From Camelus dromedarius (Eukaryota), in NCBI RefSeq assembly GCF_036321535.1, contig NC_087437.1:94118001-94182000 (forward strand): 64,000 nucleotides of DNA, read 5' to 3'. The notes under the pieces are model-generated. The model was given only the letters and a program-made list of their open reading frames with translations. It had not been told where the DNA came from and did not search any database. Shown one piece after another: positions 37,726 to 51,738 of the stretch. A program made the position numbers and the translations under genes. The first letter of the stretch is position 1, and each line of letters opens with the position of its first letter.

Positions 37726-40269
37726 ACCTACCCTGGGTGAAAAAACAAAAACAAAATCTATGCACAGCCACATTCTTGGGAAATTTCTCAAAAGTTCAAA
37801 GTTAAAAAAGTAATTGTTAAAAGTATCAAAAAGGAGAAAAAAGATGGCTTATTGTAAAGAACCAGAATCTGATTTTTACCAGTAAAGTAAGGCTTACAAA
37901 GTTCTGAGGAAAAAATATTTTATTATAGATTTCTACATGCAGTTATCACTCAACTGTGAAAAGAAACATTAAAATATTTTTCAGGTTGCAAGTAGATAGA
38001 CTTCCTGACTAGAAGTATTCCAAAATGGACTCTGGCCAAAACAACAACAGCAACAAAAATATCAAAAGAGTCAGTGCTCAAAAGAAGGCTACAGAAATCC
38101 TCTGGATTAGCACGGTATAGCAAGGTAAAAAAGCAAATCATATTACAGCTATAATTCACAGAGTTCAAATATAAATGCCTGCAAATATAAATATGTCCAC
38201 TGTAACATGTAGCATTATTAACAAGATAGAGTGTAGTTAAAGGGTGTAAGCGTTGCATTTAATAAATATGTATTAAGTAAATGAATTAGTAACTGAAAAT
38301 GCCTCTTTTCGTCTTTATAACCCACCATCCTCCTCTCTGCTTTTGGTTTTCTTAGCTTATTTCTCCTTCAACTATCACATATTCATGGATGAGATTCTGT
38401 GGACTCAAACATTACATGGCTTTGCATTGTTGTTCCAAAGTTTAAAATCAGCTTACAGTCAAATCAATGAAGATTCAATTTCATCTATAAAAAGTATTCT
38501 TGCTATGTGACAATGTAAAAATATGCAGGTACGGTAGCCAAGAGAAAGGAAAATGAATGGCTCATCTAACCAGGGTGGCATATATCTTGATGTGTCTGTG
38601 ATCAGATTGGTTTGTTCCTGCTGTCCCAGTATCTCCTGCAATTTAGTGCTTGGTGGGATTTTTCATTTTTAGCGAGGCATTTTTAGTAATTGTTTTATTA
38701 AAGTAAGCTACAATGGGTTAGTAGATTTCCTCCATGTACTGAACTTACTGATGATATGAAGTGTCCTCTGACATCAATTCTTAGGACAACTAGGACCTGT
38801 GACTCTTGAGCATCTATTAGTAGGAGGAATATGCAATACCTTTACCCTAGCTGGGCATTTGGTGTGCTGGCCTGGTATCCCGCCGCCTGTCAGGTATACA
38901 ATTCAAGAGAGATATGACAATTATAAATTAGGTCCATGTGAAATATACATAGGGAAAAGAGGCTAAACAGTCCTGCCTTAGAGTATACAGAAGTAATATG
39001 ACATCTTTCATTATATTGGTTTTGTCATTTGTTTTATGGGTTGATTCTACACTATTTATTAACTTTATTGTCTGCAGACACTTTTCAATTTTTTGTATAG
39101 CCATTGGAAGCAATGAGCACAACCTACCAATAAAATTTATACTTAACAAAAAATCAAGAACTGCATCTCTTTTTCCTAAAATATTCAAAATAAGCATGTG
39201 ATTTGCACAAAATGTTTGCTGACATTAATCATCCATTGTCAGGTCACTGTTCATGGCCAAAATCATATGCAAACTAGGTGATACAAATATGCTAAAGAAA
39301 CTGCAGCACTTACTCAGAAGTTAGTAACTATTTGGGAAAAATAATTCCCTGAAGACCAAAATTTGACATTTATACTTGTAGAAGTGCATTTATGTATTAC
39401 TCTGTGAAACATGACTTTTTTATTTTGAACAAATGATTATCTTGCTAAATTAATTTGGCTAATTTTTAGACTTTCTTCAAATTAATTTGGCACATACGAA
39501 AAGTGAAGAGAAGAGATTGTGAATTTTTCAGCTTCATAAGGAGATAGCAAATAGTTATGTCAATTTTGAATTATGTGCTTCAAATAGAAAATCGGTTAGA
39601 TAAATTCCATTAATAGACCTCTTTTTTGGTTCAATTCATGAACTCAGTGTTTAGATTTTTGAAGTTTATTCTGCTGAAAGTACCACATCAGATATCCCTA
39701 TGAATGCTTTTATAAACTAAGTTGAAAGTTTAATGTTGAAGAAAAATTATTTGTTTCTGTGGTGATAATGTGACTAGAAATTTTAAAGGGACATAGCATT
39801 GTTGTAAACACAGAATGTCCTGACTAGATTTGGAAGACTATGGAGTAGAAATATATTTAGCCTTGGTTGTAGTAAACATAATTCATAATTGTGTCTGAAC
39901 AGGCTGAGATATTCTGCTAATCCAAAATAAGCAACTGACAGAATTTAGGGAAAGTAAGAAATATATGTTCATATCCATGCATGTGTGTACATGTACATAT
40001 ATATATACACATACACACGTACACAATGGGATTCAACAAATCGTTTGTAGAAATGCTTATTTTGAGTTAAAAAGGTAAACCTTCCACTAAACACTTTCTT
40101 GGATGTCCACCATCAATCAGATTTTAAGAATGTTTAAAACTTAAAAAAATTACTGTAATTCAAATTGTGTCCAAAATGATTTTAATATTTTTTGTAACTG
40201 TGTTCTTTAAATTATGTTGTATTTTATTTAAAAATCTTTCATAGCCTTCAAAATATTCAGTGTTGCCCA

Positions 40270-40805
40270 ATAATTAAGGAAGAAATGGTACAAATACTTC
40301 ACAAGCTCTGAAATTTAAAGAGGAAGGAAAACTTACAACACATATTATCAAGCCAGCGTTACTCTGATACCACAACCAGACCAAGACATTACTAGAAAAG
40401 AGAACAATATTTATCATAAGTATAGATGTAAATTCCTCTATAATATATTAGCAAATAGTTTCTAGCAACATATAAATAAATATGAGTAATATATAATAAA
40501 TATATATTATAATTTATAAATATATAAAACTAATAATACATAACAACTAAGTAGCATTTATCCTGAAAAAACAAGAATGACTTAATATTTCAAATGTAAG
40601 CTCCATGTTGACACAGTAAAAAAGGAAAAATGCATGACTGATATAGTAAAAGGATTTAATAAAATTTAATGTACATTCATTATAAAAAATTATCATCATA
40701 TTAGGAATAAAAGAGGATGTCCTTAAATTGATAAAAGGAAGCTACAAAAAAACCCTGATAACATTACACTTAGTAGTGAAAGACTTTAATTCTGGGAACA
40801 AAGTA
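40270..40805 (+). mobile_element. Old L1 ORF2 fragment
   Basis: GCCAGCGTTACTCTGATACCACAACCAGACCAAGACATT, AATATATTAGCAAAT and TTCTGGGAACAAAG. Confidence 0.75.
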
Positions 40806-43800
40806 AGTAATTGAGAAACTACAAACTATTTTAAACAGCAGTTTAGAACAACAGTAATTCTAGAGAGACAGAAATAATTTTTTATACACATGCAAGAAGA
40901 AAACAATCAAGCTATATGTAACAACTGTAGTAGATCCTTGACAAAGGTCACAATATTCTATTATCTTACCCCGTATGTCACCACCATGGTTTTTTAAAAT
41001 TATGTGTAAATGTCCTTATTCTATCTTGAGACTTTTTGAAGCTCATAAATATAATACTTTCATCTGGAAAACTGTTTTTAAACTCTGATAACCTTATAAT
41101 CTTATCAGTTATCATTTGTAATTTTATACAAATGGTATAATAAACTCTGAAAGACAAAATACATATGTCTGTGTTACAGGGGAAACTAAACAACACATCA
41201 ATCTCAAACTTTCCTTGAACCAAAGATAAACTAATGTATCAATGACTCTAGTAAATTTGTTATCTAGGAAATTACACATCTGAAAGACTGCGTTTGCACC
41301 ACACTTTAGGAAGTACATCATATCACTTCTTGGTGCTCTTCTGTTTTTTTGGTTTGTTTTGAAACTGCAGGTGTACAATGTGAGATATTGATGGGAGAGG
41401 CGTATGTGTGGGAAATAGCACTTGCCTACCTGATTTTATTGAGTCTTGTTTTATTGGCAGGCTGGGAGTAAAACTGAAGGACTTTTATACCATCTTTTAG
41501 TATTTCAAGTTTGTGTATTTTCTGTTTCCACTAACAAAGTATTGGAGACTATCATTTATTTTTCACTACAGTTTTTTGATCCTTATTCTTATCATGCATT
41601 TCTCTTTTTTATGATATACTGGTTTCTGGATATCTACAGAAATGTACACTATAGATGGTAGAATAAATAAATTTTATCAAAGAGAATGTTTGCATTTCAT
41701 GGAATGAAACTACAACACTTAACATTTAGTTTATATATTTGAAAACTACTTTATCCAAAAGAGTTTGAGACAGACAGCAACAAGTAATAGTGTCCTTAAA
41801 AAGAGAATAATTTCATTAAAATTTAGAAGTAACTATCTTTATATATTTTAAAATATTAACCATAATTGAATTTCCATAATTCTGAATAAGAATATATTGA
41901 AAAGATATTTTTCTAATCTAAAACAGTTTTTCCTACTAAAGGCTAATTTGATTATATTTTGGGTTAATATTTCATTATTGTAACATATTTAATTATAAAA
42001 TTAATAGATTTCAGTTGTATAAGATATAAAGAGTATGTTAATTTAAATTAGCTATATTTGCTGTCAATAGTAAGGATCTAGAGAGGCATTAAAGATTCCA
42101 AAGGCATAACATAGCTTTTAATATGTGTTATCCCTTCATACACAGTCTTAAATATATCATGAAATTTCAGATGTAAAGGAAGGGATTGGTATTTAGATTT
42201 TATTTTCCTGATGATTTCCTCTCCCCAACACACGCACACACACACACAGATGCTGTTTCATGGATACATATATTGGTAGGCTGCCACATATGGTGTGTTA
42301 ATTAATTTGGAAAACTGCCACAAGTATTCTGTATCCATGTTTACAATTTTTGAAATGTTGTTTATAAGCCACATGTAAAAATAACAATCCACTAGGACTA
42401 AGTACAAAAAAATCAGAGGGCTAGATTTATGCACTTGAAATAAAACATAAATAAAACATCATGTACAAGATGGCTGTTAACTTTTACCAGATATTCACCT
42501 ATTAAACAGTGTAAATTGTATAATTTAATTAAAAGAAAGAGAATTGTTAAAAAGTAAAATAAAACGAGTGTGTGCCTTGGGGCGAGCAGTGCCAGCAGGG
42601 TGAATTTGACATTTTATCTATTTCTGTCAATTTCCTGCTTCAATTATTCCAGCCATATTTCTAATGTGAGTGAAATAACATGCCAGGAGTGATGGTATTT
42701 ATATTAAATAACTGGTAGATAAGATGTGTGGTGATTGATAAAATATAATACTTCTACTTGAGATAGATCAAAATCTTCACCATCCTTTCTTTCCAATATG
42801 TAGAAATTATTTATAAACAATGTCAATGTAATTACACATATAATGGAAATCATGGGTACAACAATTTGTTATCCTAGAACTGTACCATTCAGTTCACTGT
42901 TGCTCACATTACAATTACTATAAAATAATGGCATTTCATTCAGGACCCTTACATGACAAAAACAAACCCCACCCTATCTAGTTCAGGAAGAAGCTTGTAT
43001 AAGAAAATATTAGGCAATTCAACACTCTGTGCAGACCGATAGCCCTGTTTGAAGGATATGCACCTGATAACATTGCCTGAGCTTGTCTTCGGGCTGCCTG
43101 TAAGCCGCTGCCACCAGGTCTCAGAGCAGAACTTCACTCCTTGCTGCCCTCACTAAATCTCAGGTTCCACCTGGCCCCTGCGTTCTCCCATTGCCCTGCT
43201 CTGAATTGAAACTTTGTTTGGGTACATATGATTGAGTCCCTAAATTACCCTCCCATGTCCTCTCTTCAAAGGATGTTGGGAAAGAACTGCACTAGCTTGT
43301 ATTCGGGGTAGGGAGATCCTTCTTGAAGAATTTTTAAGGGATGTGAGGGGACTCCAGTCATAGCAATGTCCACTAGAGTCCAGCATCCCTACCCATGTTC
43401 TTCCATACTTAAACTTCCAAACAATAATGACAGCCAGAACAACAACCACAACTGATGTGTGTCCCTTCCATATTATAAATATCACTCATAAACATGAAAA
43501 TAAAATACTGCTGACTTTCCAGGCCGCCATGTTGAATATGAGTTAAACAGGGTGCTCTAGTCACATTTTATTCTATGTGCTAAAAATTTCATACAATAAA
43601 ATATAAAGGATACCACCCAGATTTGTGCAGCACAGCGGTTTTGATCACTCACTTCTCAAAAGTAGGGCAACCCAAAGCCTCATTTGCTAATTCAAAATCA
43701 AGTGTTGGTTTTGATTTCTCCAGATATCTGAGTGATACCCATTTTTCCTCTCATTCCACCCTAATTCTATATTTTATTCTATATATAAATTTTTAAACTT

Positions 43801-44363
43801 ACACAACTAAAATTAGTGTTTAAAATAACTGCAGCAGTAGACTAAGGGAAAGAAAAATTATTTAAGAGTTGTGTATAAATTTGTGATACCGCAAAGAAAG
43901 TATAGGAACAGATAATTCAGTACTTAGCTTTATAACTGGTCACATGGCTTCAACTGGTATTTACGATTTCCTCCTCCACTGTGGTATCTATATCCCCTTT
44001 GTTCACAGCTAGCACTTAAGGTGACTGAAGTTTGTTCCCTGACGGAGTGATCCAAATCTCTGTTCCTGAGGAGTATCAATTCATGGTGGTCCTTCGCATA
44101 GGGGTTTGCTTAGTCTTCCGAACACTTTCATTATCCATTTCCAAGTGTACTTGCTCTTCATTATGTAGCAGCAAACATATTTGCCTTTATAAGTATAATC
44201 ACCTAATTCAATGCTGGAAACTCACATTTACCAGTTCAAACAGTGACATTGAGAACCCCAAATTGGAAGATGATATTTTAGTTCTGATTTCAAGAAACCA
44301 TTTTTGCATTCTCTGGCAAACACTTTCAATACATTCCCTCCTTAGATACTATGAAATCTAAAC

Positions 44364-45589
44364 CAAAGATAAGAAAACTATTTCTTAAATGGGCTAGATA
44401 GTAAATACTATATACTTGGTAGACCATATGCTATCATTTTTTTGTACATGTATATTTTTATTGAAGTATAGTCAGTTGACAATGTTGTGTCAGTTTCTGG
44501 TGTACAGCATAATGCTTCAGTCATACATGAATATACATATATTTGTTTTCACATTCTTTTCACCATAAGTTACTACAAGATATTGAATTTAGTTCCCTGT
44601 GCTATACAGTATGAATTTGTTGTTTATTAATTTTATATGTATTAGTTAGAATCTGCAAATCTCAAACTACCAATTTATCCTTTCCTAACCTCTTCCTCCC
44701 TGCCCCACTCAGTAACCATGTTTGTTCTTTATGTCTATGAGTCTGTTTCTGTTTTGTAAATAAGCTCATTTGTCTTTTTTTTTTTCAGATTCCACATATA
44801 AGTGATATCATATGGTATTTTTCTTTCTTTTTCTGGCTTACTTCACTTAGAATGACATTCTCCAGGAACATCCATGTTGCTGCAAATGGTGTTATGGTAT
44901 TGGTTTTTATGGCTGAATAGTATTCCATTGTATAAATATACTACCTCTTCTTTATCCAGTCATCTGTCAATGGACATTTAGGCTGTTTCCATGTCTTGGC
45001 TATTGTAAATATTGCTGCTATGAACATTGGGGTGCAGGTGTCATTTTGAAGTAGGGTTCCTTCTGGATCTATGCCTAGGAGTGGGATTCCTGGGTCATAT
45101 GGTAAGTCTATTCCTAGTCTTTTGAGGAATCTCCATACTGTTTTCCACAGTAGCTGCACCAAACTGCATTCCCACCAGCACCCTCTCTTCCACACCCTCT
45201 CCAGCATTTAAATTATTCATGGACTTTTGAATGATGGCCATTCTGACTGGTGTGAAGTGATACCTCATTGTAATTTTGATTTGCATTTCTCTGATAATTA
45301 GCGATACTGAGCATTGTTTCGTGTGCCTACTGGCCATTTGTATATCTTTACTGAAGAATTGCTTGTTCAGGTCTTCTGTCTATTTTTGAATTAGGTTGTT
45401 TGTTTTTTTATTATTAAGTTGTATGAGCTGTGTATACTATATTTTACAACTACTCAATTCTATTGTTATTGCACTAAAGCAGCCATAGACAACACAAAAA
45501 CAAATAGGCTTGGCTACGTTCCAGTGAAATTTACAAAAACAAGTGGTGGACTTGGTTTGGCCGACAGGTCATAGATTTCAGACACTTTT
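44364..45589. mobile_element. MER58A hAT MITE split by a young L1
   Basis: AAATGGGCTAGATAGTAAATA...|...CAACTACTCAATTCT...AAAGCAGCCATAGACAAC...TTCCAGTGAAATTTACAAAAACA, with 8-bp TSD ATCTAAAC/CTCTAAAC. Confidence 0.85.
44437..45435 (-). mobile_element. Young lineage-specific L1, 5'-truncated (about 1 kb)
   Basis: ORFs 44941..45207 and 45095..45337 are ORF2 C-terminal pieces closely matching 35326..35874. T-rich tail at the left end. Confidence 0.95.
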
Positions 45590-46810
45590 CTCTAAACCAC
45601 CAAAACCTGAAGCCTTGGAAACAAGAAACAAATAAATGTGAAAATGAGATAAACTTTATAGTGAAAAATACTGCTTCCAATTCCATGTTCTTAGTTCCTG
45701 AACCTGTATATTTGGGCTCTAAGTGAGACATGACAATGCATCATTTTCTAGTTCAAAGTATAGAACATATCTAGTAAGACAGCAATCCAGCTTCATAAGC
45801 TGATATCTGGGACTGTAACTAAGCAAAAGCTTTAATTATCCTCATGGATAATTTCGACAGTAACACCAAAGATTTCATCAGGTTCAGTTGCAGTTAATTG
45901 CCTTAATCTTTTTGCTGCATGTGGTCAGAAGCAATGTTTTATAGGAATAATCGTGATTAGGGTATTCAGCAATTCCACAGATGGCTTTATTGGAAGAGAT
46001 ATCTGCTCAAAGAAGTCAAGTAAAACCCAGAGTATGATTTAAATGACATAAAATTGCTGCCTCTCAATGATTTAAAGGTATCACAGTGTTTTCAACCCAT
46101 CACCAGGTGGCCAACTGGTCTCCCACGAATGTGGTAAAGTCTAGGGACTGAACGTAGGAATTTCTGGCAGGTTAGGCACCCAGCACTGGCACGAGAAAGG
46201 TCAACCTTGGTGAAGGGAAGTCTGTATTTTTGCCATAGGTATAATCCTCAAATTTGACACCATGACACATGGCCACACTTTTATTTTTGCACATTTTTGA
46301 GTATGCATTGGGAAAACTGGGGGTAAGGAGTTAAACTGATTGATATGATTATTGAAATGTATGGTTATTATCCTTTCCTGAGGGCAGTCTTTGTGGTAAT
46401 CACATATTCCTTTGAGAAAAAAATATGAGAAAAACATTACCACACAATGTTAGTTTTCATCAGAGTCTCTTCTCAAAGATTCTCACCCTCACTTTTAATC
46501 CAGGGGCCCTGGCTCTGTGATATGATGACACAGGTTGAAGAATTATATGAGGATTCTCTGTATATTTTGAGACTCAGTCAAGTCTTTTTTCTGCAGATGT
46601 AATTTTTAAGTATACATGTCAAGTAAGTCTTTAGTGGGATCTGGTATACTTTGTCATAAGGACTGTGGTATATTTTTTGCTACTATCAAAATCTGGGCCA
46701 ATGAAGGTTCTCAGATTGTCCTCTGTCCCTGCTGAATATTACAGTAACTCTTCTCCTTGTCTCTGGTAGGTCAGAGTGGTTTCTGCTAGCCCAGTATCCC
46801 TCTACCCAAC

Positions 46811-47200
46811 CATATTAGTTTGCCAAGGCTGGCAAAATAAGCCACCACAGACTGGATGGCTTAAGCAAGAAAAATTTTTTTCTTGTAATTCTGGAGACTA
46901 GAAATCCAAGTCAAGGTGTCAGCAGGTTTGATTTCTTCTGAGATTTCTCTCCTTGTCTTGCAGATAGTCTTCTCATTGTGTACTTACACAGTCATTCCTT
47001 GGTCTGTGTGTCTGTATTCACATCTCTTCTTCTTATAAGTACACCAGTCACATTGAATAGGGCCTACTCATATACTTCATTTTACCCTAATTATGTTTTT
47101 AAAGACCCTATTTCCAAGTACAATCACATTCTGAGGTACTGGGGTTATAGGATGTATGTCAACATATGGATTTGAGGAGGACAGGATTCAGCCTATAACA
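46811..47200 (-). mobile_element. MaLR solo LTR (MLT1A/B-like)
   Basis: ATATTAGTTTGCCAAGGCTG...TTCTGGAGACTAGAAATCCAAG...CACATTCTGAGGTACTGGGG...ATTCAGCCTATAACA. Confidence 0.87.
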
Positions 47201-49189
47201 TCGTCCCAGTGGAAGTCATCGTCCCTGGACGACATCATCCCCCGCATCTTAGATCACAGAAAAGAGCCACCAGCAGCTTTACAGTGTTGCTGGCGCTCCC
47301 CCTCAGTAATGTATGATCTAAGTTACGATGAAGTGAGTGATTTCTGCACCTCCTATTAGGGCATTATTGAGAGGTAAATGAGTAGATGAGCTATGGTGAT
47401 TCTTTTCCAACATCCCGGTCACTAAATCCTTGGGTTACTGTCTCCATATCAAACCAAGGAAATTTTGGTATCTCAATTTCATTTATTGTAAGTTGCTGTT
47501 AAATCCAGGTAGTCAACCTACCAAGAACAACAACAAAAAAAGTTAGAACTCTTCACCATTTTTTAAATCAAGCACATTATATCTAGAACTTCTGATCATT
47601 TTTTCAGATATTATTCATCTGAAATAATAAATTCAATCTCATCTAAAATATGTTCCTCTCTTTTGGTTCTCATACCATCAGTATTTATAAATATTTTCAG
47701 AATTTTGGTTTATATAAAAATAACAATTCTTTGGCACTTGGGCCTCCTCCTCTCAGGATTGAAACCTTGTATTTCACATGGAGGAAATGCTGGAATCTAA
47801 CTCTTTATATTTAGGGACAGTGGCTGGGTGTGTGGAATGTGAGGATAATTGATTTCTCCTTGGCATGATTTTCTAAAGGTTTTCTAGTCCACCAGGAAGG
47901 ATACCTGTAGGATGGGAGAAAAGACTGCCTATGATGGAAATGAAGCTCAATGGGATTTAGATGGTTAGGATACTTACCAAGTCATCTTACATATTCTTAC
48001 ACCTGCTCCTTTCTTAATTCTCAAGGTCTCTCTCTCTCTCCATAACAGTGTCCTGTTACATCAGAGATACAGTGAGGTTAGGATTAAACTTATTTTCAGT
48101 TTGATTTATTTAAGGTTTGCAACTGCTTTAGCCATATAATTAGAAGAAATATTGTCTTTTTTTAGTACAATCATAGAAAATACCTATTTCTCGTAACATT
48201 CTTCATTTTGAAATTGAAACTGACAAAAGCCTCATCCTGTAAGTTCTCTAGTATACTTAGAAGAGTCCAATTAGCCAGTTCTTTGTCTTGAACTCTGATA
48301 TTTTTTGGCAAAAGCCAATCAGCTCTCCCAAAGACTCACTCTCAATTTGTAATTCATTACATTGACCAAATGGTATTATCTATTAATCAGTTCACTGATG
48401 TATTCTATAGACTGCTAGAGTCCCATACTCAAATACTAAAGGGATACTTGATGCTCGTTCAGTTCACTGTAGCCAGCTGACCTTACCTTGATTCTCCTGT
48501 CCTTTGAGTCTGAAAGCTGAAAAGACAATGAATGTCAATTTCTGTAATAAGCAAGATTCTTAGAAATAAACACTGAAACCTACTCTGACAAGTTTAATCA
48601 TACATTTCCTTTGCTAAATGGTATCTGCTGGTTCACAGAGTCTCCAAGTGAACTAGAATTTGGCTAGGAGGAGTACAATCTCAGAACAAAGTCCAAACTG
48701 CAATGGGAAATTCATCACCGCAGCTTGGACTGTTGATTCTGGGCAGCAGGTCCTAAAAAGACATCAGTTGGTGCCTTCTAGAGTCAGAAAACCTACCACT
48801 GTCCTCTCAGTCAAATAGATAAAGAAATACATAAATAAATAAGAAAAAAAAGATCCACTCAGAGCTTTCTGTCACACATTTCTCTCTTCGAAATGGAAGT
48901 CCTACATGAGTACATCTGATTGGCAGCACCTGTATTATATCTATTCGTAGTCATTAATGGCAGTGCAATTTCTGCTTTGAGGAGGTATTTTAAAAATATG
49001 AGAAATTCCCCAGATAAAGGAATGCTATGCAAAATATGCCAGGCTGACACAGATATTTCCAGCTGCAGGACCCAAAGACAAATTTTGTTCAGCTCACTGT
49101 ATGGGCTGTGCAGTCTAACGGGCTTCACAGCGCTCCATCTCCCCACATGCCCACTCCCCCCAGCTTTCTTTTTTTTTTAAAGATTTTTT

Positions 49190-50500
49190 TTCTTTGAGTT
49201 TGGTCAATGTTTTAAGATGCACTGAAGTGTGAGTTTACAAGTTTATTTTATTACCCATCTTGAGATTCATTGAATTTTATGATTTGAAATCTATAGGAGT
49301 TTCTTCTTAATAATTTGGAAAAAGTTTTTAATATCTCTTCTGTGAATATCTTTTTTAAAAAATTTCTTATTTTCTAGGTCCTTTGGGGACTCTGATCAGA
49401 TCTATGTTGAATTAATTTACCTTTTCCTACATGTGGTTTTACCTCTCTTTCATACTGTAAATTTATTTTCCTACCTTTATTACTTTTTGAATTGTTTAAT
49501 CCAACTTAAATTCAAGTAACTGATCTTTCTCTTTAGTTGCACCTAATGTGCTGTTGGAACAATCCATAAATCTTTAATTTGGTTGTTACATTTTTTCGTA
49601 CACATAGTCTTTTAGTCTCTTTTACAAAGTTATGCATCTTTCAGTGTTTTATATTTTTCCTTATGACTGATCATGTTGTCCACAATCTCCTTTACTTCTT
49701 TTAACTATATCTAACTAAATTAAATCTCATATTGTCAATATCTGAAATCTTCACAACTTTGTTTCCAGTGCCTGTCCTTTCTGCAAACTCACTTTCCTTG
49801 TGGCTTGTTTTTAATTGATTGACATGAATTTTGGTTATGACGTCCCTTGGAACTTTATCCAGAATAATTATTTAAGGTCAATGTAAAGTTGTTTTCCTCC
49901 TGAAATAGACTGCATAGTCTTCTGCTGGTTGTGTGAAATCAATGTCAACTGGAGACTACTTTAAGTTAAATTATCCTTGTGTTTTCCATATAAATATTGT
50001 AAATTTATGCCATGAATCCATGTAACAGCTGAATCGTAGATCTTTATTTTCAATTATGATTTCTTTTTTCTTGTCTTCATTTACCCAATGTCTCATTCAA
50101 ATCAAGAAAGTTTATTTACTACTTATTTCTGCTTGGCAGGTTGATTTCTTGCTCAGCCTTGCACAGAGGTATAATATTTGAGGATCTTAGCTTTGTGGAG
50201 GTTTTGATATAATACTTTCTATGTCAAGTGGGCTCCAGGCTTTATTTTCTTCATCTCTAATCCTGTGAAACCATTAAAATTAAGGTCAGATACATTAAAG
50301 TTTGAAATATATGTTTAAGGTGACAGCTGACTTTGGGCTACCTTATGACACAAGTTTTTTCACTTTTACTTTGTTATTGTCCTCTGGAGTCTTTGATTTG
50401 TTGAAACTCAAAGATGCCTTTTTAAGCACTGAAAAATTACTCAGCTTTTAAAGATATATTAATCAGAAGGGTGATTTATGGAATCTGGTCCATCATACTA
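49190..50500 (-). mobile_element. Very old L1/HAL1-type 5'/ORF1 region, degenerate
   Basis: T-rich strand bias with motifs such as TTAATAATTTGGAAAAAGTTT, CCTTTGGGGACTCTGAT and TTCAAGTAACTGATCTTTCTCTTTAGTTG. Confidence 0.55.
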
Positions 50501-51283
50501 CTTTATTCCATTGTTTAAGATTTTATAGAAATGCTAGGAAAAGCATTTTATTACTGGTAAAAGGTAATGAGTAGTATATTTGTATCTGATGAACAGATTT
50601 TTCACTGAAGGTTTTATAATGAACTTTTATTTTGAAGCTGATATGTTATTTTTTACCTATTAAAGAGGTAATGCTGTTTTATAAGTGTCATGAATTTTAG
50701 ACCTTAGGGAAAGTGAACCAAGATGACAGCCCTTACAAGACCTGAGAGGTTTATAAACCTCCCGCTTCCCACTAATTCATTACAGGTAATAGGCCAATAT
50801 GAATTATTAATTATATCTCCATTTTTGCAAAGTCCCTTTTAATGTTAATAGCATGCATTTTATATCACTGCCGCACATCAGGATAGTGGGCATCCAGTGA
50901 CACTATTCTTCGTATACTTGGGGCTTTTTGGTAGAAAAAGGTGATTTTAAGCAAAGAAAACATTAACAATGATAGTATACTCACTAAAAACCTTACTACA
51001 AAGTACGAAAAATATTAGTCGTGATTTTTAAAATGTTGAGGTCAATATTACTGTTTGAAGATTGATTTCATCCGGAAAGAATTAAAATAACAAAATTTAA
51101 GTTTTATCACACCCAGTTCATTGACAAATTTCTCTTTTAACCAAATAAGAAAAAACCCAATAAGAATTAAATTAAAATGACAAAAAATGCTGCTTAAAGT
51201 ATTAGAAATGGTAAGGATTTATTTTTGGTCATCATCAGAGTACAAACGTGTGTTGTACTGAAGAGAAGTACAGGGAATAATTC

Positions 51284-51355
51284 TGTTTTTTCTAATAATT
51301 TGGAGGTGAGGTTAATATTTGTCTTTTCCAATAATTTGGAGGTGAGGTTAACATA
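51284..51355 (+). repeat. 36-bp tandem duplication
   Basis: AATAATTTGGAGGTGAGGTTAA occurs exactly at 51294-51315 and 51330-51351. Confidence 0.92.
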
Positions 51356-51738
51356 GTGTTTTACATACTGAAAAAATGACTTGATAAACTGATCTGAAAT
51401 ATCAATCTGCTGCAGGAGAAACAGAAAAATTAATTGTATTTAAATAAGTCATAAATATGTATGTTGAAATGGTTCAGTGTATTTTAGAACTATATTACTC
51501 TAGAGGAAATCTTAATTAATATCCATTTCAGTGGTTATTAAAATTGAAAATTCCCAATCTGATAACACTGAAAAATTCTTATTAATTGAAGATGCAAAGT
51601 GTTCTACATTTTCAAGCATTTTTATTCTGGTAATAATTTAAGGTTGCTAAGTACTGCATTTTTAAAATAAAAAACTTTATTATGAAATCTGTGTGACCTT
51701 TCAGGTAAAATAACACAGTATTTATGTAAGCATTTATA

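Larger units (their letters stand above)
42930..49067 (-). mobile_element. Ancient ERVL-MaLR provirus relic: LTR-like about 42930-43377, internal region about 43378-48540, LTR (MLT1N/M-like) 48543-49067
   Basis: LTR-like termini AATGTCCACTAGA and TGTAATAAGCAAGATTCTTAG...CATCTGATTGGCAG. The minus-strand translation of about 46094-46150, QSLDFTTFVGDQLATW*WV, resembles the ERVL integrase motif GDQPATWWQVD. Confidence 0.6.

Noticed and set aside
51284..51355. CRISPR-like repeat-spacer
   Set aside because: Only two units in mammalian DNA with no cas genes; it is a simple duplication.
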